Shown: positions 13,046-24,854 of the stretch, piece after piece
How positions within the stretch are numbered: the first letter of the stretch is position 1
Layout: every line of letters starts with the position of its first letter
DNA from: Mobula hypostoma
Lineage: Eukaryota
Reading direction: 5' to 3'
NCBI RefSeq assembly: GCF_963921235.1
Contig: NC_086108.1
Coordinates: 1,178,001 to 1,242,000, forward strand
Length of the DNA stretch: 64,000 bases
Made by a program: the position numbers and the translations under genes
Notes under the pieces: model-generated
Seen by the model: the letters and a program-made list of their open reading frames with translations, nothing else
The model's database searches: none
What the model was told of the DNA's origin: nothing

Positions 13046-16000
13046 AGGACTCTTCATCTCATGTTCTCCATATTTATTGCTTATTTATTTATTATTTCTT
13101 TCTTTCTGTATTTGTACAGTTTTTTGTTTTGCACACTGGTTAAATGCCCAAGTTGGTACAGTCTTTCATTGATTCCATTATGGATTTATTGAGTATGCAC
13201 CCAAAAAAATTAAGCTCAGGGATGTATATGGTGACATATATGTATTTTGATAATAAATTTACTTTGAACTTGTGGGCTGCCTCGGCATGTCATCGGACTG
13301 TGTTGGGTGTCGATGCAAAGGATGCATTTCACTGTATGTTTCAACTGTATGAGAACAAGCCTCTCTAACTCTAACTCTACGACAGCTGATGATTTGTGAA
13401 CTGCCCGCAAAGCAAAAACAGGGAATATTACAGAGCTCGATTACACTCACGTCGGCTGAGGGTTCTGTCGCTCAGGCTGGGGTAGAATATTAGAAAGATC
13501 TCCGGCCAAGATTATCGGTGTCCTACTACAAAATGAGGCTCTGGGCAAGGACATTGGGACTGGGTGTTCAGCTTCCTGTATACAGCATACCCAGTCCCTG
13601 TACCTTGGCAGTGGTAGTGGGGGGGGCGGGGGTTATCAAGTGTACAATTTGTTGTTTTTCTCTTTCAGAAGCACTCGATAGCCTTGACTCAGGTGCAGTT
13701 TTCCAACCTGCAATGCTCTCAGGGTTTTAAGGGTAAGGACGTTACTCTTGCACCCCTCCCTTCTCCACCCCGAGGGAACTCTGACAAGATGATTTCAGAG
13801 GGAGTCCACCAAATGAATATTCAACAAATAATTAACCAGACTAATTAAAAAATGCAAATTTCTCCCCCCCCCCATGAACTGAAATCCTCATGCACTCCCC
13901 GAATGTTAATTTGAGCAAACAGAGGATCCCACAGGGAACTATCCCAGGATTCAGAGCAAGCAGGAATATTAATGAACAGACAATACTTTGGGGATTTGGA
14001 GACATATGTTAATATGCAAATTAACAAAAAGCTTGACTGAGAGCTTCAGTTTGCACAGTGGAGTCGCTCTGGGCCTGTGCAGTGTGAGATTACATCTAGG
14101 CCGGTAACCAAGGGCAACCACCATGGCGTGTAACCCAAGACTGGCCGTGGGATGCCAAATCAAGATTTTCCACCCCTTCCCTTGTGCTTTAGGAACAGTG
14201 GGCTTGTTTTGCCAGGCAGGGAAGTGTTGATCATAGGCAGGATATCTGGCTGTGGGCGCCATCATAATTCATGAAATGGACCCTGTTCTTTAGAGTCCAA
14301 ATTCATGTAAGGGGCGGTTTAGTGGACAGCATCTAACCACTGCTGTGTGGCTGAACTTGGCTGGTAGGGAGAGGGGAAACTGAACCTCATTGGTCACCTC
14401 CTTCACCAATTTAGCCTAGGCTAACATACGTTCAGTGGCCACTTTGTTAGGTAACTGCAAATATCTAATCAGCCAATCATGTGGCAGCAACTCAATGCAT
14501 CAAAGCATGCAGACATGGTCAAGAGATTCAGTTGTTGTACAGACCAAATATCAGAATGTGATCTAAGTGACTTTGATGGTGGAATGATGGTTGGTGCCAG
14601 ATGGGATGGTTTGAGTACCTCAGAAACAGCTGATCTCCTGGGGTTTTCATTCACAGCTGTCATGGAGGAGAACATCCATACTTCTTACAAACCACAGTGG
14701 GAAAAGAACCCACGCTGTTGCTGGGGCTGTGAAGCATTGAGCTAACCACTACACCATCTGCATTGGCCATCTCTAATTGTGACCACCTCCCCAAGATGAG
14801 AAGGTAGTTAAAAGTCACCTCCATTTAGGTTCAGACGTCATCTACAGGCCACACCAGGTAAAGACAGCACCTCTCCCCTCTCTAAAAGACATTATGGGGG
14901 TTTAACACCTTTTAAATTCTTATTTGCTGAACAGAGTTGCACCTAGGAATCCATGGTGGAATTTAAAACCAGAGCCTCTACCCTAGGCCTCAGCAGTGTA
15001 ACAAGAGGGCCTCTGCTGCCCACGGTCAGCAAGATTTTGAACCGAATCAAGCTGTCCCTTAAATAAGGAAGTGAGTTGATAGGTCACAATGAATATCAAT
15101 CAGAAAACTAAGGTAAATCATCACAAAACCCTGTATTAAATAAACAGAACTGAATTTCTAAAGCTCCTTTCACATCTCTTTTGTGTCCCGCCCCGCTAAG
15201 GGTGCTCTAGAGCTGACGCTGCAGATTGTAATGGGAAATTGGGGAGTTAATTTTGAACGTCGCAATATTCCGCTGTCAGTAAGGGTGGACATTACTGGCA
15301 TTGAGGTGTTAGGTATGTCTGAGCCTTAGGGCATGCAACAGGCTGCAGTGTCACCCAACAACCCACCTACTTAACCCTAGTCGAATCACAGGACAGCTTA
15401 CAGTGACTAATTAACCAACTGGTTTGTCTTTGGACCGTGGGAGGAGGCCGAATCACCTGGAGGAACGACAGTGGCTGTATTTCATTTGAAAAGATTTGGT
15501 ACGTCACCAAAAGCATTAAAAAATTTCGACAGATGTACCGTGGAGAGCATCCTAACTGGTTGTACCACTGCCCAGTATGGTGGGGGGCCACCGCACAGGA
15601 TGAAAGTAGCTGCAGGGCATTGTAAGCTCAGTCAGCTCCAACATGGCATGAGCCTCTCCAGCATCCAGCTTTCAAGGAGTGGTACTTCAGAGAGGTGATG
15701 TCGGTCATTAACGACCCCGGTCACATAGCTCATGCCTTCTTCACTTTGTCACCATCAGGGAGGTTTACGGAGCCTGAAGGCACACACTCAGTGATTCAGG
15801 AACAGCTCCTTCCCTCTGCCCTCCGACTTCTGAATGGACATTGAACCCATGAATAGCACCTCACCACTTTTTTATTTCTATCTTTGCACTACTTATTTAA
15901 TTTAACTTTTTAAAATGTATTTAATTAATTTATCTATTTAATTATACTCAATTCATGGTTTTTTCTACATCATGTATTGGCATTGTACTGCAACAAGTCA

Positions 16001-16403
16001 ACAAATCTCATGACATATGCCAGTAATATTACAGTTGACTCTGATCCTGTAGTCTTATAGCAGCAGTGCCTTACGGTCCTGCCTGTACACTTGAATGTGG
16101 GGCACTGCCCGTCACCACATCCCAGACATGCAGGTTCATTGTGCATTGCAACTTTCCTCCCCCACCACACCCCCAGCGTGTAGGTGAGGGGCAAGAGGCA
16201 GGTGATCAGAATCAAAATTAGGTTCTATATCACTGGCATATGTCGTGAAATTTGTAATCTTTGCACCAGTTTTACAATGCAATTCATGATAATAGGAAAA
16301 ATGTGAATTACAGTAGGTATGTATATATATTAAATAGTTAAATTAAAGAAGCATTGCAAAAGTAGAAATAAAAAGGTAGTGAGGTAGTTTTCATGGGTTC
16401 AAT

Positions 16404-16930
16404 CTATCTACGGGTTTGTCTATCCATGGCCTCCTCTACTGTAAAGATGAAGCCACATTCAGGTTGGAAGAACAACACCTTATATTCCGTCTGGGTAGCC
16501 TCCAGCCTGATGGCATGAACATTGACTTCTCTAACTTCCGCTAATGCCCCACCTCCTCTTCATACCCCATCCGTTATTTATATACACACATCCTTTTTCT
16601 CTCTCTCCTTTTTCTCCCTCTGTCCCTCTGACTATACCCCTTGCCCATCCTCTGGTTCCCCCCCACCCCTTGTCTTTCTTCCCGGACCTCCCGTCCCATG
16701 ATCCTCTCATATCCCCTTTGCCAATCACCTGTCCAGCTCTTGGCTCCATCCCTCCCCCTCCTGTCTTCTCCTATCATTTCAGATCTCCCCCTCCCCCTCC
16801 CACTTTCAAATCTCTTACTAGCTCTTCCTTCAGTTAGTCCTGATGAAGGGTCTCGGCCTGAAACGTCGACTGTACCTCTTCCTAGAGATGCTGCCTGGCC
16901 TGCTGCGTTCACCAGCAACTTTGATGTGTG
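16404..16930 (+). mobile_element. Penelope-like element 3' fragment with a 15-bp TSD
   Basis: End of ORF (RLEEQHLIFRLGSLQPDGMNIDFSNFR*), pyrimidine tract and hammerhead. TSD TTTCATGGGTTCAAT at 16389-16403 and 16931-16945. Confidence 0.8.
16835..16872 (+). ncRNA. Minimal type I hammerhead ribozyme (Penelope-associated)
   Basis: AGTC-CTGATGA-AGG(GTCTCGG)CCT-GAAA-CG-TC^GACT: core boxes, stems I and II, GUC cleavage triplet and palindromic ACGU minimal stem III. Confidence 0.75.
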
Positions 16931-19900
16931 TTTCATGGGTTCAATGTCCATTTAGGAATCAGAAGCTGTTCTGAATCGTTGAGTCTGTGCCTTCAGGCTC
17001 CCGTGCCTCCTCCCCATCAGTAACAATGAGAAGAGGACATGTCCTTGGTGATGGGGGCACTTAATGTTGGATATCACCTTTCTGAGGCATAGTTCCTTGA
17101 ATATGTCCTGGATGCTGAGGAGGCCAGTGTCCATGATGGAGCTGACAGAGTTTACAACTCCGTGCTACTTGCTTTGATCCTTTACAGTATCCCCCTCCTC
17201 CTTACTGGATGACGATGGGAGTATGGGAGGAATGTTTCAATAAGTTGTAGGGGGCTGTGGACCCACTGAGGTAAAGGGCCTGTAACCACTCTGTACAGGT
17301 TTAGAAGCACAAAGAACTCCTCACACCCTGCGGGCTTTTAATACCCCCACAGAAAGCACCCAATTACCCCATTAATACCCCTCATATAGAACAGTGCGCT
17401 TTCCCCTGGTCCTCAAGTGGGTTCAGACCAGCAGTTTCCTGAAGGCAAGGTGACAACACTGCCCACTGGCAGTCACCAAACAAATGGGGGTTCCTGCACA
17501 GCTTGGGGGTTCAGCAGGGGTCCAGAGTGAGGAGCCTCGTTTTCTCACTGGCAGAAGGAAGAGCATTCAGGCCTTTGTGTTTCGCAAGAAGCACACGAAC
17601 GCGTACAGTCCTGCCCTTCAGAGTCTTGGCACACACACACACGTCTCTCAGTGCCCGCCCTCGAATGAGGCTTCTTCTAGTAAACCTGTTCAGTTTTATC
17701 TCGCAGTCTGCCCTGGCCCAGCTCCAGGAGCCCTAAGGTTAAAGGCGTGTCGGCCAGGGACCGGTTCGGACAGGTTTGTCTCAGCCAGGAAAACCCACAA
17801 GGAAACCAGTGCCAATGTTCCTGGCAACGTCACTTCGAGAGGCACCCCAGGGCCTTGGCGCCTAGGAGGGGCCCTCAGAGAACAAACACCCACCTCACCT
17901 CCTGTATCTCTCTCTCTCTCTCTCACTCACACACACACACACAGGGCCATGGGCCGACAGGGAAGGAGAACTTCGTGAGCCAATTCCAACACGTACTCTC
18001 TTATTCTTCCTTTCTAACCTCAAGCACTTCCCTCCCCAAAAACAACCACCATCACCGGTGAGCCCAACAGCCTGTTACTATGGTGATCACTGGCCTTCTC
18101 CTGAGGAAGCAGTGATCAGCCCAACGAGGGTTAATGAGGCTGGCAGCTCAAGGGAAAAGCAGAAGTTTTCTTTCTGCAGATGTGCAATTTGAATATGCAC
18201 TTCCTCCTTTAGGCTAAAGGGTTTTTTTTTCTCCTCTCTCTCTCCCTCTCTCTCTCTCCAATACACACACTCTGTTTTGTTTTTCTCGGTCCCAGAGCAA
18301 CCATAGGCCACTGGCCAACCAACTGTGCAAAAGAACGGAGGGTGCAGATGTAGTCAGGAGATTGAATCTGCTGGCAAGCCGAGGAGGAGGGGGCTGCATC
18401 AGAAAGGGGGTGGCGATGGTGGGAGAGAGTTGGCCACGCACCCACCTAAAGGTGTTGGGTACAGGAGAGGTTGAGGCGGGGAAGAGGAGGCTGGAGGTAG
18501 ATACACAGAAGAGTCCCACAGGAAAAGGAGTCACAATACTAGACCTCGTGACAGACCAAGGCAGCTGAAAAACCTGCATTTCTATGGCGCCTTGCATGTC
18601 CGTTTATTGACGAGGGTGCTACAGCTAAAGTTCTATGAAGCTGATGGATGAAAGGGGCACAGGCAGTTAGGGAGGACAAGGGGTGAGCTCGTCTCTCTCC
18701 CCCACTTCCCTCCAAGGAGAGGTAACCGCTTGCCTTCCCTCTACCTCCACTAAATTGCTGTAAGATCGCTATTATATAGAGGACACCCCAGAGTAAAATA
18801 TTTCAGTATTATCCCCTCTCCCCATGTTGTCAACTGCCCTGAATTCTGAAATCCACCCCCGCCCCCGCAACTAAACCTCTTGGCCTTTCTCTCTTCCATT
18901 TAAAGGGCTCCTTAAGAACCAACTCCATTGGCTGAGCTTTGGGTTGCCTGCACTATGATCCGTGACCCATTAGCTCTCTGGTGAAGCTAGGAGCCAGACA
19001 AATGCAAGTTGTCAGTACGGAGGAACTGAGGTTAAACGGAGGCACCCCCCCACCCCGGACTCAGTTTCAGATCATGAGGGTGCAGGCAGGAGAGAATTTT
19101 ATTCCGGTGGAATTAATGGTCCACTTGAGAAGGCAGGTGTGATGAAAGTTGAGGCATGGGGAGCCCTTTCCCTGCATCCACTCTTCCCCCTTCCTCCCAA
19201 CTGCCTCCTTGATTCTCAACTGGACCCAACTCCAATTTGTGGAGATTCTCCCCCTCCCCCCACTACATTCACTGGACAGGAGCGGGGCCAGGTGGGTGGA
19301 GAGACCCCCTCCCCACCAGTCGAAGAACACTGAAGTGATCGGGGATGTTTGGTCTGAAAGTATTCAAGGTCTTGACCAGAATTGTTTTTGGCACATTTTC
19401 CCACAGAAGCGGTTTGCCATTATAAACACAAAATACTCTGCAGAGGCTGGGGTCAAAGCAACACTCACAACACGCTGGAGGAACTCAAGTGTTGTGGATG
19501 CTTAGCCATTGCCTTCCTCTGGGCAGCGTCTTTACAAGACGGGTGACCCCAGCCCTTATCAATGCTCTTCAAAGGCTGTCTGCCTGGCATCGGTGGTCCC
19601 ATTACCAGGATTGTGATGTGCACCAGCGGCTCATACAACCATCCACCACCTGCTCCCTTGACTTCATGTGACTCTGATCGGTAGGCTAAGCAGGTGCTAT
19701 TCCTTGCCTAAGGGTGACCTGCAGGCTAGCAGAGGGAAGGAGCCTTTGGCAGAGAGGTATCTCCACCCCACCAACACAAAAGTGTAGAGGGCTTTAAAAC
19801 TGGCAAGGTTAGTAGAGAAGAAATTTGGTTTGGGGGATGGGGGAGAGAGCAAGACAGAGATCGATACACCATTGGACATGACATGAACTGAGAGACAAGG

Positions 19901-20929
19901 AGCCACTGTGGGGAAAATGGCACCAAGATACATTAACGAAGAAGATAAAATCTGCAGACGCTGGGAATCCGAGCAACACACACAAAATGCTGAAGGATCT
20001 CAGCAGGCCGGGCAGCATCTACGAAAAAGAGCGCAGTTGACATTTTGGGCCGAGACCCTTCAGGGCTGAAATGTCCACGCACTTTTTTCCAGGAATGCCA
20101 CCTGGCCTGTTGCGTTCTTCCAGAATTTTGTGTGTACCAAGACACAGTGGCTGCAGTCCTTACTGAATGACAGAATCTGAGGGATGAATACACTCCTCCG
20201 GCTTTGATTTATGATCTTAATGGGACCGGCAACACAAGTCAGTCTCAAATAACTCCAGAAAAGGACACAGTTCATAAACTCATGCTTATATTGCACAGGA
20301 ACAGGCCCTTCAGCCCATCAAAGCCATGCCAACCACCAGGCACTCATTTACACTAGTTATATTTGGTTCATATTCATATTCCCTCCCTCCACCGATTCTA
20401 CTCCTCAACCACACACTAGGAGCAACTAACCTACCGAGCCGCCTGCCATTGAAATGTGGGAGGAAACTGGAGTGCGGCGGGGGAATACAATGACAGGGAG
20501 AGGGTGAAAACTCCATGCACAGTGACCGGGAGATCATGCAATCTCACACAGAGACAGCACCGGAGACTCGGCAGCTAACCTGGATCGCCACGGCAGCGGG
20601 GCCAGTGGCCACACAAGCTACGCTGACCCTCAGAGATTCACCAGACTAAACGGAGAGACGCAGACCCTTTGGCCCATCGTGTCATTATGGGAAGGGGGCA
20701 GGGAGAGGGGAATCATGGCTGGGAAAAGGGGAAGGGCGAGGGGAGGGAGCACGAAGCAGCAGGGAGACAGTCTGTAATGGGTTGTTCACAATTGAACGAC
20801 CTTGCCTGGTATCTGAGGGCTGGGTGTGCCTGCACCTGTGCCATTCTCCACACTCCCCACCCCCAGCATCTGTCCCACAGCCCTCCCGTGGTGCTCCCAC
20901 TGCACCCTTCCCAACGTCCTTTGCTTCCA

Positions 20930-21013
20930 TAAGACTTCTGCAGAGTACTGTGTTTCTCAATCTGGAGACTCTCCGCTCCAGATTGAGAAACACAGTACTC
21001 TGCAGAAGTCTTA
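20930..21013. repeat. Perfect inverted repeat with 38-bp arms and an 8-nt loop
   Basis: 20930-20967 is the exact reverse complement of 20976-21013. Confidence 0.95.
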
Positions 21014-21064
21014 GGCACCCTAGTTATATACTATACATGTGTCTTAGACTTTTGCACAATACTG
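20993..21064. mobile_element. Tiny Tc1-type MITE
   Basis: Imperfect TIRs CAGTACTCTGCAGAAGTCTTAGGCAC / GTGTCTTAGACTTTTGCACAATACTG. Confidence 0.6.
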
Positions 21065-21734
21065 CATTTGTTTGTTTGGAAATACAACATGGTCATAGGC
21101 CTTCCTGGGCCAGTGAGGCCATACCAGTTGATTAAACCTACGTAACCAATTAAACGACTAAACGGTGCACCTTTGGTCTGCAGGAGGAAACCAGAGCACC
21201 CAGAGGAAACCTCTGTGATCACAGGGAGAACGTACAAGAATTTCTTACAGTCAGCGGGAGGAACAGAACCCAGGTTACCGGTGCTGTAATAGTCTTACCC
21301 TAACCACTACACAGAGGTGCCGCCCTACAGTGAGGGGTTTGGGCGCACTCAGCAGCCGAACCTCTCACTGGTGCCTGCCCCTAACCCTAAAGCCATCGTC
21401 TTCCCTCCATCTATACCTGCACCTCCCCCTCAAGTCTGCTGGCTCCCCTGGATTGAAATTCTCACCATGGTTTCCAAAACCCTCTGCAGCATCCCTATCT
21501 CATAACCTCCTGTGGCCCCACCTACCTCGGACAGCTGGGATTGTCCTAGCTCATCCTAGAGCATAAGACCGTAAGCCATAGGAGCAGAATTAGGCCATTT
21601 GGCCCAGCGAGTCTGCTCTGCCATTCAATCACGGCTGATCCTTTTGCCTTTCCCCTCCTCAGCCCCACCTCCCGGTCTTCTCCCTGACATCCCTAAAAAG
21701 ACAATTGACCTTAGGAGAGGGGCGAAGGAGGGAC

Positions 21735-22222
21735 ATCAGCCAATCATGAGGCAGCAACTCAAAGCATAAAAGCATGCTGACATGGTCAAGAAGTTCAGTT
21801 GTTGTTCAGACCAAGTGTCAAAATGGGGAAGAAATGTGATCATGGTGACTTTGACTGTGAAATGATTGTTGGTACCTACAGGGCAGATTAAGCTTCTCAG
21901 AAACTGCTGTTCTCCTGGGATTTTCACTCACAACAGTCTCTAGAGTTTACAGAGAACGGTGCGAAAAACAAAAAAACATCCAGTGAGCACCAGTCCGTGG
22001 GGGAAAGTGCTCTGTTAATGAGAAAGTTCAGAAGAGAATGGCCAGACCGGTTCAAGCTGACAGGAAGGCGACAGTAACTCAAATAATCACTCATTACAAC
22101 AGTGGTGTGCAGAAGAGCATCTCCAGACGTACAACACGTCAAATCTTGAAATGGTTGGGCTACAGCAGCAGAAGATCACGAACATACAGAAATGCACTCA
22201 GTGGCCACTTTATTAGGTACCT
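21735..22222 (+). mobile_element. Non-autonomous Tc1 family copy
   Basis: Same family as 6651-7209. Other copies at about 14430-14660, 42708-43130, 45640-46155 (+) and 51510-52045 (-), with HTH remnant CDLSDFDRG.IVGARR..LSIS.TADLL. Confidence 0.75.
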
Positions 22223-22810
22223 TTTGCATATAATAACCTCCCCCCCTTTACAAAAGGCATGTCCTCTAGGGGTACCACAAACTTGTCATGGGATTAGGAG
22301 GCTTATGTGACTCAATAACCCAGAGAGCTACGTTGGCTGGAGTTAGGGCCTTGTGCTTTGCTCCTGATAGGATCAACCATGCCAAACAGGTCAAAGGGTA
22401 GAGGTCAAACTGAGAGTGATCCACCGGTCCACCAGCATCAGGGACTGATCAGGGATCAGGTATAAAACCCATAATTACAAATGGTGTTCATAAAGCCTTA
22501 ATGGGTCAGTGGGGCAGTGGGTAAAATGACTGCTGTAAATTGACCCTTGTGTGCGGGGGAGAGGAGTGTTAAAAATGTAAATTTTTAACTAAATTTGGGA
22601 GTCTGGGAATGTGTGGAGAATAAGTCAGCATCAGTGTAAATAAGTGCAGCAGGGGGCATGTGGAGGAGATTCATAAGGTATTGTTTTGCCTTGTCATACC
22701 TCACTGCACTATGTAATGATCTGATCTATATGAAAAGTATGCAGGACAAGCTTGTCACTGTGACAATAACAAACCAATACTTCACTGAAGATATCACATC
22801 ACTGCTTGAG

Positions 22811-22894
22811 CAGGGGTTCCCAACCTGGGGTCCACGGACCCCTCGGTAAAAAACGGGTAAGACTATGTGGCATAAAAAAGGTTGGGATCCCCTG
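22811..22894. mobile_element. Tiny hAT-like MITE
   Basis: TIRs CAGGGGTTCCCAAC / GTTGGGATCCCCTG. Relatives at about 11783-11844, 44749-44828 and 58198-58693. Confidence 0.65.
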
Positions 22895-22947
22895 ACTTAA
22901 AGGGAGTTCCCAACTGTGGGCCAGTCCAACTTGCCAACTAACGAGTG

Positions 22948-23209
22948 AGGAAAAGGAAAGTTACGTCACATCTGGAGTTTCTCCAGTTAGCGGACGATTT
23001 CTCTCCACACCTCTCTGACGTAGTGGGGAACCGCGTACAAGACAAGTTACAGCAGTGGTTTGCCATTGCCTTCTGCCGGGTGAGTTTTCAAAGAGATCAC
23101 CAGCTCGTAACCCAGCATGGATGGAAAGCGCGCAGGGGAGCCGGCTGGATTCGAACCCGGGACCTGTTGTCCCAAAGTCCGGCGCTGATGCCACTACGCC
23201 ACCAGCCGG
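22948..23209 (-). mobile_element. Bipartite tRNA-derived SINE carrying RTE 5' UTR and RTE 3' end segments
   Basis: Head with A box TGGCGTAGTGG and B box GGTTCGAATCC. The body matches the RTE at about 24789-24874 and 27787-27845. CTTTC-like tail. Confidence 0.8.
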
Positions 23210-24133
23210 GTCAATGAGTGAGACAGATACTAAATCACGTTGCAGGAACCAGTCTCCCCTCCACAGACTCTGTCTACACTTCTCACTGTCTCAGGAAGGC
23301 AGCCAGCAGAATCACAGACCACACCCAGGCTGGATATTCTCTCTTCCCCCCGCCCCTCACATCAGGCAGAAGATACAAAAGTCTGAAATACCGCCAGGCT
23401 TTAGGGCAGCTTCTCCCCCACTGTTACCGAGTCTTGGACAGAGCTCTTGTACAAGACTGACTTTTAGCCTCACAGTCTACCTGGCAATGACCTTGCACCT
23501 TATTGCTTACCTGCACTGCACTTTCTCTGGAGCTGTTACACTTTATTCTGCACTCTGTTATCGTTTTACCTTGTTCTACCTCAGTGCACTGTGTGGTTTC
23601 CTCTGGATGCTCTGGTTTCCTCCCACAGTCCAAAGACTTTCAAATTAGTCAGTGTTAGTAAGTTGTGGGCGAGCTACGTTGGTGCTGGAATCACAGCGAC
23701 ACTTGTGAGCTCTCCACAGCACGTCCTTGGGCTCTGTTAGTCATTGATACAAATGACATATTTCACTGTATACTTCGATATACATGCAACAGACGAAGCT
23801 AATCTGGAAGAAATTATTCTCCATCGCAGAGGGATATGTTAGCAGAGGATGTGGGTCTAAAGTGAGGAGTGGAGGTCATAGAGTCATAGATAAGTGCAGC
23901 ACAAAAACAGGCCCTTTGGCCCATCTAGTCCATGGCAAACCACTTCGACTGCTTGCTTTCATCCAACTGCACTTGGATCATATCCCTCCATACCCCTTCC
24001 CATCCGTGTACCCAGCCCCGCCATCACCCCGCAACGGATGGAGCGCTCCCTCGGCAGTCGGCCCGATCTGCGGAGTCTCTGCCAGCCGCATCGCCGCCTT
24101 GACTGCGTCCACGCGGCTCTCGTATCTTCTCCC

Positions 24134-24240
24134 ATGCCTTCCGGGCCGGCTTACAACGATGAGAAGGGCTCGTCTCTGGGGGAACCCCAGTACGGACGTG
24201 ACCCGGCCAGCGGCGGCATCTTCTCCAGCGACTACAAACG
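24134..24240 (+). pseudogene. AP3B2: Transduced copy of AP3B2 (AP-3 complex beta-2) coding exon 1
   Basis: ATG at 24134 gives [36 protein letters not shown], matching the recalled human AP3B2 N-terminus [38 protein letters not shown]. Ends at donor CG|GTAACG (phase 2). Lies within the TSD-bounded RTE insertion; no exon 2 recognised. Confidence 0.85.
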
Positions 24241-24854
24241 GTAACGAACAGCGACCAACCACAAAATATAATAAAGCAGTTAAAGGGAAAGCCAAGGTGG
24301 CCACCGTGCTACGGGTGAAGTCGAAGCGCGGCGCCGAGGTTGCGGAGGCCCCGCCTATGCTTGGCCTAAGGCCGCGGGTGTCTCTGTGTGCCAGGGCCGG
24401 GCTTCGGCTCCCTCTGGGCCGGAGAGAGGCCTCTCCAGTGTCCGGGCGGAGACAGACTGCCGCCGGACAAGCCCGAACTCGAGCAGAAGGCTACATCAAT
24501 TCCTCATTAATGAAGTTTTATGTGTCATTTTAATTTTTCGTATTTGTATCAAGTAAACCTGTGTAGCACGACCTTAAGTTGGCCTAAGGGGTGTGGTCGA
24601 CCCTGCCCTTGTGATTCGCCCCAGGTCCAGCTGACCCGGCTGGTAGCACCTGGTAAGGGTCCCTTGCTCAGGGTTACGAGTGATGGCCTACGGCGGAGCC
24701 AGCAGGAGACTGGCGGGGAAGGCAGAAGAGCTACGACCTTGGAAGACAATGGTTGCTTTGCAAGCAGACGATCTACCGAGAAGAGAGGTGGTGATCTCTT
24801 TAAACTCACCTGGCAGAAGGCAAAAGCAAACCACTGCTGTAACCTGCCAAGTAC

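Larger units (their letters stand above)
16205..17190 (-). mobile_element. Rex1/Babar 3' fragment interrupted by a Penelope-like insertion
   Basis: IQDIFKELCLRK..HQGHVLFSLL motif; the sequence is continuous across 16404-16930. Confidence 0.7.

Noticed and set aside
21379..21390. Interstitial telomeric repeat
   Set aside because: Only two CCCTAA units, which is expected by chance.
23135..23209. tRNA gene
   Set aside because: It has A and B boxes but continues into a SINE body; no convincing cloverleaf or terminator was seen. The same applies to the V-SINE heads.
24134..24240. Functional AP3B2 gene starting here
   Set aside because: It is enclosed with the RTE by a TSD inside another repeat and lacks native upstream sequence, and no later AP3B2 exon was recognised. 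Small exons could have been missed.
23784..24533. 249-aa ORF as a gene
   Set aside because: It crosses the insertion junction and is a GC-rich alternative frame; the recognisable AP3B2 peptide is in another frame.
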